Shown: in pieces, positions 12,961 through 24,710 of the stretch
How positions within the stretch are numbered: position 1 is the first letter of the stretch
Layout of the letters: each line of letters opens with the position of its first letter
DNA from: Octopus bimaculoides
Lineage: Eukaryota
DNA length: 36,239 bases
Assembly: GCF_001194135.2 (NCBI RefSeq)
Contig: NC_069006.1
Coordinates: forward strand, 21,923,237 to 21,959,475
Reading direction: 5' to 3'
Position numbers and translations under genes: made by a program
The notes under the pieces: model-generated
What the model saw: only the letters and a program-made list of their open reading frames with translations
Told to the model about the DNA's origin: nothing
The model's database searches: none

Positions 12961-13214
12961 CCTAGAACTTGAAGACAGTAATGTCAAGAGGACGATGAAG
13001 ACGATGGGAGAATGAAAGGCAAAGTTGGTTTCAGTTGGATTTGAAACCAATGGTAGCTTTGTCAACCCACAAATAATGAATATTTATCAACTAATGTGGT
13101 GTTGAGGACTCATTCGCTCATATATACATTTATCATCATCATCATCATCATTTAACTTTCATTATTCTATGCTAGCAAGGAACAGTGAAATTAAATGATG
13201 TGTGTGTGTGTGTG

Positions 13215-13470
13215 TGTTGTATTTGCCCCTGTCTAGACATCATGTGATGATTGTAAAAGAGCATCACCATCATACAAGCATTGTCGTTAATTTGCAATGT
13301 TCTGTGAAAAATGTGTCTGTCTATCTGTCCAAGAGGAAATATAAGTTTACTTGAAGGTGAGGGTTGGTGATAGGAAGGGCATCTGGTTGTAGAAAATCTT
13401 CCACAAGAAGTTCTGTCTGACCTATGCAAGCATGGAAAAGTAGATGTTAAATGACAATGATGATGATGAT
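13215..13470 (+). mobile_element. SINE tail module D
   Basis: gggttggtgataggaagggcatctggttgtagaaaatc...catgcaagcatggaaaagtagatgttaaatgac, then (GAT)n. Confidence 0.75.
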
Positions 13471-13712
13471 GGCACTGTAAGAAATCTAAATGACTTCAAG
13501 TGATGAAGTTATTTCTAATTACTCTATTAGAATGTAATATTACATAAACGATTGAAAGATTTCCTAAAAAATCTAAGAGTAGAAGAAGAAGAGAAATAAA
13601 AAATAAAAGGAAATCTAGCTATACAAAATGATTTGATATACTTGAATAAGATGAATTAAGTTTGGTCTTTTCTCTCTATCAAAGTGCTCAGAATCTGTGT
13701 CTGGCTGATATT

Positions 13713-13764
<52 letters not shown>

Positions 13765-14719
13765 GTATATGTATTTATTTATTATCTTTATATTGTTATT
13801 ATTATTATTATTACTATTATTATTATTATATTAAATACCTTAAACCTAAGTAGCTTTGTAGTTGATATATATCTATTTACTGATAGAAGTGCCAAAAAGA
13901 AATTGTAAGCAGATTTTCAAGTTTGTAGTAAATCAAACTACAAAATCTTAGCAGACAAACATCGTTTTGGCCAGACAATAGATGTTTTCTCAGTGTGTGG
14001 TCACATTGCTTCCAACTATTGGATTCTTTTCAAAGTTCATCAGTCAGAAGTTACAGAAATCTATATAAGACATTAAATTACCATTTTAAAAAATTTATAG
14101 TTGTTAAAATCATTTGCAATCAAGACTTTTGGTCAGTTATCAATTCAATATTTATTTGCAGAATTTTTAATCAGTGTTTTCTATGGAATAAGTAACATTA
14201 AAACTACCATTTGATTGTTTTCTTTTATTCACTTGCTTAGCTAAGATATTGCAAATGATTTATAGTTGGTTAAAAACAAGCAGAAGAATTAAAAGTAGCT
14301 GGGAAAGATAATAAACATTTGGTACAATCAAGATTACATATATTTTCTAACATTTTCTATGGGGATAGACAGACAGATATTGTGTGCTTGTCACAAATAT
14401 ATTTGGCCTTGCAGTCTGACTTGACTGGAAATCTAAAACTATGGAAATCACTTGCATTGTCTATGAAATGTTTCAGTTCAACTAGTCTAGGGGATTATTG
14501 AATAAAACGAGAAACTAAGAATATATATTATCAGAGTACTCCTAGAATAAATTTTGATGGCTTAAATTAACAATGATAGAACCATCATATTACTTTATTG
14601 AAAAAAAAACAAACTTTGATTTATTTTTTAAATGTGTGTGCGTATGTGTGTGTGTAAATTTGTCCAGTAGAAAACTGATACCAGCAAAAAGCCCAATTTT
14701 CTTTTACACACACACACCT

Positions 14720-15085
14720 CTTATACATTTATATATATATATATATATGGTATATATAAGGTATATAACTGCATATGATGTATGTGTGTATATATCTATA
14801 TAAGTTTGTATATATACATGGTCACACACACATATATATATACATATACATTCACACATTTATATGTGTGCATCTCTCATGCACACACATATACCTACAT
14901 GTACATGTGTATATATGTATGTGTATAATATTTACACATATTTATATATACATATATATAATCTATCTATATATGTGTATACATATATATATGCATATGT
15001 ATGTATATAAATGTACATGTTTGTGTGTGTATATATATATATATAACATACATACATATTCATTCATACATATATACACATGAAT
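14720..15085. repeat. Degenerate (TA)/(CA)/(TG) tract
   Basis: Direct inspection. Confidence 0.9.
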
Positions 15086-15704
15086 ATAATTTATGTTAAT
15101 GATCAATAAAAAAAATCACTAGTTTCAAAAAATCTTTTAGATGTTCCATAAAGGTCTCTTTCCTTTCTTTTCTTTCATTTTGTTTTTTTCTTTATAGTTT
15201 GCAGCAAGGCAGAGTAGATAGCTAGGTGGGTTATGTGGGAGGGTGAGAGAGAAAGAGAGAGAGAGAGATGTCCTCCCTAAATTGAGAGTAATAAATATAC
15301 GTAAAAAAAAAAAACAAAAAAAAAGAGAAAAAAAAAGAGGCGAATGAAATATAGTTTCTGTCTCTATAAATTGAAATGCAATGTCGGTCTGACAATATAG
15401 ATTAGTTGATTCAACAGACTGAATTATACCAATAAAGAAGAAATATCTTTCTTGTTTTTTTTTTTTTGTTTTGCATTTATTTTTTTTATCCTTTTCTTTA
15501 ATGCTTTTTTTTTTTTTGGTCTTTTCACCTCCTTCTCAAAGTATAATGCAAAAATCACATTACAGGTAAAAAATCTTTTGAAAGTGAGANNNNNNNNNNN
15601 NNNNNNNNNNNNNNNNNNNNNNNNNNNNNNNNNNNNNNNNNNNNNNNNNNNNNNNNNNNNNNNNNNNNNNNNNNNNNNNNNNNNNNNNNNNNNNNNNNNN
15701 GAGC

Positions 15705-15739
<35 letters not shown>

Positions 15740-15740
15740 C

Positions 15741-15771
<31 letters not shown>

Positions 15772-16239
15772 GGAGAGACAATTATGATAGTAAAGATATA
15801 TATTACCAGATCATAGAATTAAAAGTCCCACTCATTTATTTGTTTTTTTTTTTGTTTTGTTTTGTGTGTGTGTAGAGTTGGGCTGGTAGGTGGGTAAGTT
15901 ACCCTTTTTTTGTTTCTTTGTATATTCAATAAACGATAGAAATCATTAAATCAATGATACCCTATAATATATATATATATACATACACACACACACACAC
16001 ACACATTTATATGTACACACAGGCACATGTGTGTGTGTGAAGGAGTTCCAGTTTATGAGAAGCAGCTCTGGCTCTGTAAGCTATTGAAATTTTTAAAAGA
16101 AGCTCCCAGAAACTGACATTTTTATGGAAATTATCATTTCAAAGCTAAGCGCCTATCACTGTGTTTTTGTCTATATCTTCAAAGACTTCTTTCTATTTCC
16201 GATATGAAGCTCATATACTTTTCTGATGTCTTCAAGTGG

Positions 16240-16490
16240 TATGGATGGATGGGTGAATGGATGGATGGATGGATGGATTATTGGAAAGATGAATGAATGG
16301 ATGAATGAATGAATGAATGAATGAATGAACAAATGTAGGGTTGGGTGGATGGACAGATGGATGAATGGGTAGATGGCTGGATGGACGGATGTATAGATGA
16401 GTAAATGAAATAAATAGATGGATGGATGAATGCATGGATAGATATATGGATAGATAGAATGGATCGATGGACAGACTGACAGATGGATGA
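16240..16490. repeat. Compound (GGAT)n/(GAAT)n/(AGAT)n tetranucleotide tract
   Basis: Direct inspection; the source of the HPSI-rich ORFs in the track. Confidence 0.95.
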
Positions 16491-16970
16491 ATATCCATGT
16501 GTTTAGCATTCTGTTAAAGCTAAACTATGGTCTAATCAATGTCCAAAGCATCTCTTTAAACTTATCCTACTTTTCTCCTTGATAGGTTGATAGGTCAAAG
16601 GAACATGTCCCATGTGTATGGTTAATATTGGTCTTATTTTCTAAAGCTAGATGATGTTCCTATCACCAACAATTCCACAGAGTGTACTGGATGCATTGCA
16701 TGGCACCAACACTTGTCGCCACTCTTAATACTCACATCCACATAATTCAGTTAGGAATTAAAAAATTTGCTTCTACAACCTGTCTGTCTGTTTATCTATC
16801 TTTCACTCTCTTAAAGCATTGAGCACTGGATGGACAGACTGGTAAGGTTGCTTGGGGAACTTTCATTGTTATATTCTTCTTGTTATTGTTTTAATTGTGT
16901 ACTTGTTGTTTTGTGTAAAACCCCCACTGTATTGTCCTCTATATGTTGGCCCTGGTGGCCAATAAATGAA

Positions 16971-17014
<44 letters not shown>

Positions 17015-17284
17015 TTTTCAATGCACATATATTGTTTCTGTTGTTGTATAGACTCATTAGGGTGAAATTTAAGGGAGAGTTGACTGCTATTTCTAGCAGG
17101 ATGACTGATCACATAGTGGTACTTATTTCCAACATAATCTCTACAAAGATATACCATCTAATAATGTTTATATAAGTATCTTAGCTATTATTTATAATCT
17201 AGTTCTACACACATTTTCTCTCTAACTATATATATATCTCTCTCTCTCACATACACTGATACAATCATACATACATACATACAG

Positions 17285-17418
17285 AGATGTGCCTAAGAGT
17301 GCTGCAAGATTGTCAAACTTCCAACTCGAAACAATTACAGACTTGGAAGATTGATAAAGCGAAATGGATTTCTCAAATTTCTCCAAGAAAATTAACTGGG
17401 AGTGCCACAGATGAAGAT
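17285..17418 (+). CDS. Internal coding exon (phase 1-0, 134 nt): xMCLRVLQDCQTSNSKQLQTWKIDKAKWISQISPRKLTGSATDED
   Basis: tacag| acceptor after a (CATA)n/CT tract, GAT|gtatga donor, 44 open codons, CpGs retained in a CpG-poor background. Confidence 0.5.
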
Positions 17419-17712
17419 GTATGACTTGCAGGCTGACATCATTGAAAACAAAAATTTGTTGACGCTGCATTACAGAATTTTAATATGAGCTAAACTGCTG
17501 TTCATCATATTGGTAGCATTTCTAAAATATTTAGTTGCTAAACAATTTTTGGTTTTCAAACGAAATTAGTATACAATTTTGTACATTTACTAACTGATTC
17601 TCTCAGCAGTATTTTAGCAAGTAGAGTAACAAGTGACTTTCTCTGGCTGATGAGATCAGAATAACACTGAAACATTCCTGGAGTATAATTATAGTCACTG
17701 ATAAATACTGAT

Positions 17713-17890
17713 AATAATCCTTTTTACTATAGGCACAAGGCCTGAATGTAAAATTGGACAAAATGCCACTTAGCATTTTGCCCAGCATGCTAACGATTCT
17801 GCCAGCTCACCACCTTAATAATAATCCCTTCTACTGTAGGCACAAGGCCTGAAATTTGGAGGAAGGGACTATGTTGATTACATGAACCCC
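17713..17890 (-). mobile_element. Rearranged SINE B (deleted copy plus a second tail)
   Basis: Two copies of aatcc..ctac..taggcacaaggcctgaa; the head gattctgccagctc lies between them. Confidence 0.75.
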
Positions 17891-17955
17891 TGCACCAAAA
17901 AATTTATATACCATATCTTTCTCATATTTTCATCGTAGTTCACGTGGTAAATATC

Positions 17956-18002
<47 letters not shown>

Positions 18003-18005
<3 letters not shown>

Positions 18006-18135
18006 CATCATCATCAAGCTTTCTACAGCTGGATGCCCTTCCTAATGCCAACCGCTCTGAGTGTGTAGTGGGTGCTTTTTATGTACCACCAGCACAGAAG
18101 CCAGTCGGGGGGAGGGGGGACTGGCATCAACTTAT
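18003..18135 (-). mobile_element. SINE tail module E
   Basis: tttctacagctggatgcccttcctaatgccaacc...gtgtagtgggtgctttttatgtaccacc. Confidence 0.75.
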
Positions 18136-18489
18136 GACTTTAAAATTTATTAAAAAAATTCATTTTGTTGTGTAAAGAGACAAGTTTTGATCTGAGGGAA
18201 ATTTGACTGCTATTTCTCGAAGATCAAATGACTGCATTGACGCTCGTTCGTTAGCTCATTGTTATCTAAGTTGTTTGTCATAACACTCTCAAGTTATTTA
18301 TTGAAAATTTTCCTTTCATCAGACATGTGTTGGTTGGAAATATTCTCTCCCACTTTCTTTCAATATGAGTGCATGCATTTGTGAATGTGTGTGTGTGTGC
18401 ATGTACGTGCGTGCGTGCGTGTGTGTGCGTGTGTGTATGTGTGCGTGCGTGTGTGTTTAATGAATATCTCAATTCATTTCATTTTGAAG

Positions 18490-18523
18490 CCTATTACTCA
18501 AACAACAGACTGTGTCCCCAAAG
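18490..18523 (+). CDS. Candidate small exon (phase 0-1, 34 nt): PITQTTDCVPK
   Basis: aattcatttcattttgaag| acceptor (AAG, less common), AAG|gtattt donor; supplies exactly the phase 0-to-1 bridge needed between the 17285 and 23113 exons. Confidence 0.4.
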
Positions 18524-19340
18524 GTATTTTCATTTATCATAACTCCTTTGCAATGTCAATGCTGACAGCTAAGTGATATATACAGAATGAAGGCGAGACA
18601 GAAATATATACATATGTGTGCATGTGTGTGTGTATATGTATTAACACACAAATGTGCACACACACACATATATGTATAAAATCATCATCATCATCATCAT
18701 CAATTTTGTTTGTTTTGCTATTCTTGTGCATAATATGATATATAGACAGATAACTATGGAAATACATATGTACATACATACATATGTATATACATATACA
18801 TGCTTGTGTATATATGTGTGCATATACACACACATTTTTAAATATTTCTTACTTTTGACTAAATTTTCAAATTAAAACAGACTGAAAAAAAAAAAAGAAA
18901 ACCCACATATTTCTATAATACAGGGAAAGCTGTCCATGTGTCTCTCCTGGGATATCATATTCTGAACGATTTAAATGCAACTCTTATCTGCCCTATTTAA
19001 ACATTTAGTTAAGATAAATTCAAAAATATCTTTCTTTACATTTTTCTATAAATAATAATAACTCTTTTCATAATGAAGCAGCCAATGAGAAGCAGAACTT
19101 GGTTGTAATTTTATGAGAAGACAATGTGTTGAGATGAGAGTGTCAGTACTTTACATGAAATAGTCATTGACGCTTAACCCATATCACAGGGTGTCTGAAA
19201 CTGGTGGCAGAATGGGACAAGATCCTGTGACAGGAGACTGTGTTCAAATACTTGCAACAGAGTAAATTCTGTTGAAGGTACCTAAAAAAAATATGTTTGA
19301 TTTATGCTAGCCTAAAAAAAAAAGGCAATGAAAAAACTTG

Positions 19341-19369
<29 letters not shown>

Positions 19370-19373
<4 letters not shown>

Positions 19374-19548
19374 ATCATCATTATCCATTTTCCATGCTGG
19401 AATTGGGCTGAACGGTTTGACAGTAGCTGGCAGCTTGGTGGGCTGCACCAAGCTCCAGGTATCTGCTTTGGCATGATATGTACAGCTGGATGCCCTTCCT
19501 GACACCAACCACTTTATGGAGTGTACTGGGTGCATTCTATATGGTGCT
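19370..19548 (-). mobile_element. SINE tail module E
   Basis: ttccatgctggaattgggctgaacggtttgacag...cagctggatgcccttcctgacaccaacc. Confidence 0.75.
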
Positions 19549-19887
19549 TTTTATCATGACATATATTTTTTAATACATGGCTTAAAGTGGGCATGTAGGA
19601 CATGTTTGACTCATCAGATGCCAGGAGCAGAGTGAAAGTTTATATGCATAAGAATTATAAAAGAGGCTATTAGATGTTCCCAGAAGAAATTGAGGGGAAA
19701 AGAAATTTAATTTAAACACTCAAACATCTTCCTCTCAGAAAATCTCCATGTCTAATATTGTGTACAGTCTGTACTCAAAGTTTCATACACATAAAACAAC
19801 ATATGTTGCAATATGAACGTGGCAAATAGATAGATTCATCAGACACACACACACACACACATATGTATATATATATATTATTATGAT

Positions 19888-20073
19888 TGACCGTTGACTG
19901 AACACTATTCAATTTTTTTTCTCCGTGTTTTTCTCCTTGTCTCCGTATTCTTTCTGTTGAAGAGCGTAGCTCGAAACGTCAAAGACTTTCCGTATTCCCG
20001 AGCGTCATACTAATATATACTTTTGTTATTTACACCACCTGTCCTCGTCTGTTGTTATTATTTGTATATTCTC

Positions 20074-20076
<3 letters not shown>
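19888..20076 (+). mobile_element. Young CpG-rich insert in (TA)n; probable Penelope-like element terminal repeat or retrozyme-like unit
   Basis: 10 CpGs in ~190 nt, flanked by TA-rich microsatellite on both sides, carries a GAAGAG...CTCGAAACGTC hammerhead-like motif typical of PLE termini. Confidence 0.45.
19949..19985 (+). ncRNA. Minimal type I hammerhead-ribozyme-like motif with variant core (CUGUUGA)
   Basis: TCTTT-CTGTTGA-A-GAGC gta GCTC-GAA-AC GT-C-AAAGA: 5-bp stem I, 4-bp stem II, palindromic ACGT stem III, putative GUC cleavage triplet ending at 19980. Confidence 0.5.
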
Positions 20077-20112
<36 letters not shown>

Positions 20113-20479
20113 CAAGCACACATACATACATACAAACACACACACACACATCATTTATAGATAACTAAACTTAACATGTCTTTAGTAAGAATTTCTAATT
20201 GAATGAAACTAATTGATTGTCTGCTATTTTTTCTTCCTCTTTTTCTTCTTCTGTCTTCGAAGAAATGTCTTAGAACAGCAGCAGAAGCAGAAGATTAAAT
20301 AAAATCCCAGTTTCAACAGTAATTTTTAACTGTATATATCGTGAAAAATTTACAGAATTATCTTTGGTTTTTATTTGTTTCATTTCTATATTTTTTTTTC
20401 ATTAAATCAGAAATACTTTAATAAAATTTCTGAGTGACTATTAAAACTTTTGATGAAGTAGGAACACAAATTGTAACAC

Positions 20480-20943
20480 TACTCTTACTTCTTTCTTTCT
20501 TTTTACTCTTTTTCTTTCTTTCACTTTCTTCTTATTTCTTTGTTTCTTTCCCACTCTTTCTTTTGCTCTTCCTCTTTTTTATTCATTCATTCTTTTTTCT
20601 GTTTTCTCTCATTTTTATCCTATTTTCCTTTTTCTTTCATTCATTCTTTCTTTCTTTTTTCTATATTTCTTTCCTTTGTTTCTTTATTTTATTTCTTTCC
20701 CTCCTTTCTTTCCTTCATTCCAGAAGTCAGATTAAACAGTAGGACATTAGAAAAAACACCTTGTAGTATTCAGTTGCATTCTTTCAAATTCTACAGTTCA
20801 AACCCTTATCAATACACATAAACACACATACAAACAGATTTTTCACTGTTGCTTCATGTTACTGCTCTTTGCTGTTACTCAATTTTCACATATTGCAATC
20901 ACTAACTCTTCATTTTATACTGAGTATCCTTGCCTCAGATCTT

Positions 20944-20995
<52 letters not shown>

Positions 20996-21105
20996 GTTAT
21001 AAATGCATCTTTTCTTCTAACTGTATATGTATATTATATATACACTCACACGCACATTTATTTATACATTATATATGTACATGTGTGGGTGTGTATGTAT
21101 ATATA

Positions 21106-21147
<42 letters not shown>

Positions 21148-21179
21148 CTTACGCATACATATATGTATATGCACACATG

Positions 21180-21228
<49 letters not shown>

Positions 21229-21295
21229 GCACACACACACACACACACACATATACATACACAAACACATACTCACAAACATATATGTATACACA
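20480..21295. repeat. CT-rich low-complexity tract (20480-20720) and (TA)/(TG)/(CA) cluster (20940-21295)
   Basis: Direct inspection. Confidence 0.9.
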
Positions 21296-22074
21296 GTAGA
21301 TTAAAAATTAGTGAAGCTAGAATCTTTATTCTGCTTTTACTTTTTGCTATTTATCATCGATTTTGTCCATTCTAGAAATGTAGGATGGTTTATGGGAGAG
21401 ACACTTTACTTTTTCTTTTTTTGTATTTTACTATTGGATAACTTGAACCACTCAACTGCAAAGTAGGAGTGGACACTTGTCTTGCCTAATGACGTACATG
21501 AATAGCTAAAATATATATTTCTAACCTATGAACATTCTGGTTTATTCTTTTCAACTTTTACTGGTTTTACTCTTTGGACTTCCGCCATACTGGAGCACTG
21601 ACTTTGAAAGTTCCTTTGCCTTGGTTTTTATTTTATTGATCTCAGTGATAAACAAATGGCAATCTCAACAAGCCATGTAAAAGATGTAATCCAAATGGAT
21701 TGGAATAACACAAAATATTTTTATTTGATGTGCCAATATTGATGCACCAATATTGTATATACCCTGTTATCTCACAGACCGTTCCACTAAGCAATTGCAT
21801 AACTATAACTCTAATGTGAGGTCCTTCAGATGGTGGATGTCTAACAAGTTCCATTGTCTATCTTTCTGATATGTAACCAGTGAATGAACCAACAAACATT
21901 ATATTGGTTTAACAGCTAACTCATTTAAACTCTGATGTAATTAACACATACATAGCTTCTGAAACCTGTTGAGGTGTATAAACACCATTTTATCAAAAAC
22001 TTGTGTGGAATTATCATTTTTTATAATGATTGGAAAATTTGGTACTTCATAAAAAAAACCTCACAAATTTTTGA

Positions 22075-22440
22075 CATTCAGTCATTAGACTCTGGCCATG
22101 CTGGGGCACTACCTTGAAGAACTTTTTAGTTGAATGAATTCACTTCAGTATTTATTTATTTTTTTAAGCCTTATATTTATTCTATCAGTCTCTTTTGCCA
22201 AACTGTTAAGTTACAAGGACATAGACACACCAACACTAGTTGTCAATTGGTGGTCTGGGACAAGCACACACACACACAATTGGATTCTTTGAGTTTCTGT
22301 CTACCAATTCCACTCACAAGGCTTTATTTGGCCTGAGGTTATGGTAGAAGACACTTGCCCAAGGTGCCATGCAGTGGGACTGAACTTGGAACCATGTGGT
22401 TGGGAAGTAAACTTCTTACCACACAACCAGGCCTGTGTCT
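22075..22440 (-). mobile_element. SINE: head A + (CA)n linker + tail module C
   Basis: cagtcattagactctggccatgctgg...ttttgccaaactgttaagttac...then gacacttgcccaaggtgccatgcagtgggactgaac. Confidence 0.85.
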
Positions 22441-23112
22441 AACTTTTAGCCAGTCCCTGTTTCAAAAAATTCTGAGTAATATAAAATCTTCCTTTCATAT
22501 ATTCCAAATTACTCTGGTGGTAGTAAAAAAAATGGGAATGCGTATCATATATGCTGCATGGACATCACGGAAAGATGTCCTGTGTATAACATATGATAAA
22601 TACGAAAGGCAAAGGGTTAAAATCTGATCACAAAATGGCTAGTGATAAATATTTGGAATATAAAAAAGAAATTGTTTTTAAATCTTATCTAAGAGCTTAC
22701 AGAAATAGGATTGGCTTTTTTTCCTCTCTGCTAGCAGTGTACGTAGTTGGAATCAATCCAAATATGGCAAAAGTGAAACTATTTAATTGGTATAAAAAGA
22801 AATTAAGATGATTCAACAACAAAAATAACCCCTACTAAAAAGAAAACAAAAAAAAGCAAACAAAAATTAATAATAATAATGATAGCAACAACAAAAATTA
22901 ATAATAATGATAATAATAATGATGATGATAAGAATAATGTTGATGATAATAATTATTATTATTAAATTTACCAAGATAGTTATCAAAAGAAAAAAAGGGG
23001 AAGAAAAAAAAAGAAAGAAAAAAAAACCCCACACATTCTTAGCCACTCCAAATTAATCCCTTTCATGCACAAAGGAAAATAATTTTGTTAGAGTTTTTGT
23101 GCTTATTTCAAG

Positions 23113-23219
23113 CTGTGAATCAATACGTTGCATGGCTGTATAATCAGGCAGCAGAAAACATCGATATCATGGAGTTTGGACACAATGCCTTTTTGCACAG
23201 AGCTGTGTTATCAGACAGA
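23113..23219 (+). CDS. Internal coding exon (phase 1-0, 107 nt): (A)VNQYVAWLYNQAAENIDIMEFGHNAFLHRAVLSDR
   Basis: Acceptor tttttgtgcttatttcaag|; single open frame with protein-like composition and CpGs; phase matches the 28647 exon. Donor AGA|gtgggg is weak and lies beside a small N gap. Confidence 0.6.
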
Positions 23220-23736
23220 GTGGGGGGNNNNNNNNNNCACCCCAGCCATATAAAAAAAAAAAACCCACCCTGTATAGTCAGCACTACTTACAATACAATA
23301 TACTACTGTTGGCAGTATATAGCAAGAAATGCCTTGGAATAAATTTAAAATTAGTTCTCTATTAAAAAGAAACAAACAATTAACAATGAAATCAATTGTT
23401 GCTTTGATTTGCTTTAACTTTTGGCAAAAACATTTTAATAGGTTTTAATAACAAAGTGATGTTTACAAGGAGTGGTTGGTGGTCATGAGAGCTGGATGGG
23501 ATGTATAGAGTTAGATAATAACATAGTAACAGTCAGTTGGTGGGTTATAAAAAGACATGGAGGAAATTATGGCTAAATAAATAGATTAAAGAGAGATTAA
23601 GGATTAAGACATCTATACCAGGATAATCTTTAAGAAAAATGAATAAAAGGAAGGAAGGGAAATCCATAGAAAATGAAAAAAATAAAGGTAGTAGAAAAGA
23701 AAAGTGATTTTAAATGAGAATTAAAGTAAAAAAAAT

Positions 23737-24036
23737 AAGCCAAAAGAAGCATGTGACTTAGACTGCCTTCTTCCAACTGTTAAACATGGAGGACGATCTG
23801 TGAGGGCTATATCTTGGAAATCCGCTGGCCCAATGGTTTCCCTTTATGGCAGAATTAATAGTCAAGACTATTTAAGCATTTTATCTGATCAAATTCATCC
23901 TTTGGTTGTAGAACTGTTTCCGGAGAGAAATGCAATCTTTCAAGCTGTAATTACTGCCAAAGGCTGTCGTACCCCATATTAAAATAAATTTGTTTCAAAT
24001 TTTAAGGTGTTTCCATTATTTTGTCCAACCCCTGTA
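23737..24036 (+). mobile_element. Tc1/mariner transposon remnant (internally deleted transposase C-terminus, right TIR and TA)
   Basis: Translates KPKEACDLDCLLPTVKHGGRSV..ISWKSAGPMVSLYGRINSQDYLSILSDQIHPLVVELFPERNAIFQ//AVITAKGCRTPY*, a Tc1 DDE-domain signature. Ends in TIR ...tttccattattttgtccaacccctg followed by TA. Confidence 0.9.
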
Positions 24037-24059
24037 TACACACACACATACATATATGT

Positions 24060-24249
24060 AAAAACCATGCCAAAACTGACCTTGCCTGTGCTGGTGCCGT
24101 GTAAAAAGCACTCAGTCCCCTGTACAGGGTGGTTGATGTTAGGAAGGGCAAACCAAAACAGACACAGTACCCTAATGTAGTCTTCTACCTGGCTGGCGCC
24201 TGTCAAACTGTCAAACCCATATCAGCATGGAAGACAGATGTTAAATGAT

Positions 24250-24250
<1 letters not shown>
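24060..24250 (+). mobile_element. SINE tail module E
   Basis: gtaaaaagcactcag...ggttgatgttaggaagggc...cagcatggaagacagatgttaaatgatg. Confidence 0.7.
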
Positions 24251-24284
<34 letters not shown>

Positions 24285-24324
24285 CGTTGTCTTTGTCTAT
24301 AGCAGTGGCAATATCATTTTAATA

Positions 24325-24710
24325 CCCACTTTTCTATGGAGACAGAATATCTATTTCTACAGCTGAATGCTCTTGCTGTCACCAATCCTTTGCCTGTTTT
24401 GAAGCAAGGTAATATTTCACCATGGCCAAACATGCTTTTGCAGATTATTGAAAATGCATGACACTGCTTGTATGACAGTGACACTCGTTTACAACTATCA
24501 CATGATGTCAAGACAAAGAGATACAAACTTACACACACACACACACATGATGAGCTTCTTTCAGTTTCTGTTTATCAAATTCACTCACTGTGGTTTGGTT
24601 GACCTGGAGCTATAGTAGAAAACACTCACCCAAGGTATCATGCAGTGAGACTGAACCAAAAGCCATGTGATTTGGAAGAAAAGTTGTTAACCACATATCT
24701 ACACTTGCAC
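24325..24710 (-). mobile_element. SINE: head A + (CA)n linker + tail module D
   Basis: gcaaggtaatatttcaccatggccaaacatg...then cttctttcagtttctg...catgcagtgagactgaacc. Confidence 0.8.

Noticed and set aside
16185-16238. Exon-like segment LLSISDMKLIYFSDVFK (phase 2-2), and similarly 19192-19263
   Set aside because: Phases are incompatible with the neighbouring exons (TG+A would create a stop) and opposite-strand readings are just as plausible.
17647-17673. CTGATGAG...GAAAC, a hammerhead core-like string
   Set aside because: Stems I and II do not pair. Similar CTGATGA hits on the minus strand and CTGTTGAAG near 19267 and 35169 also lack the fold.
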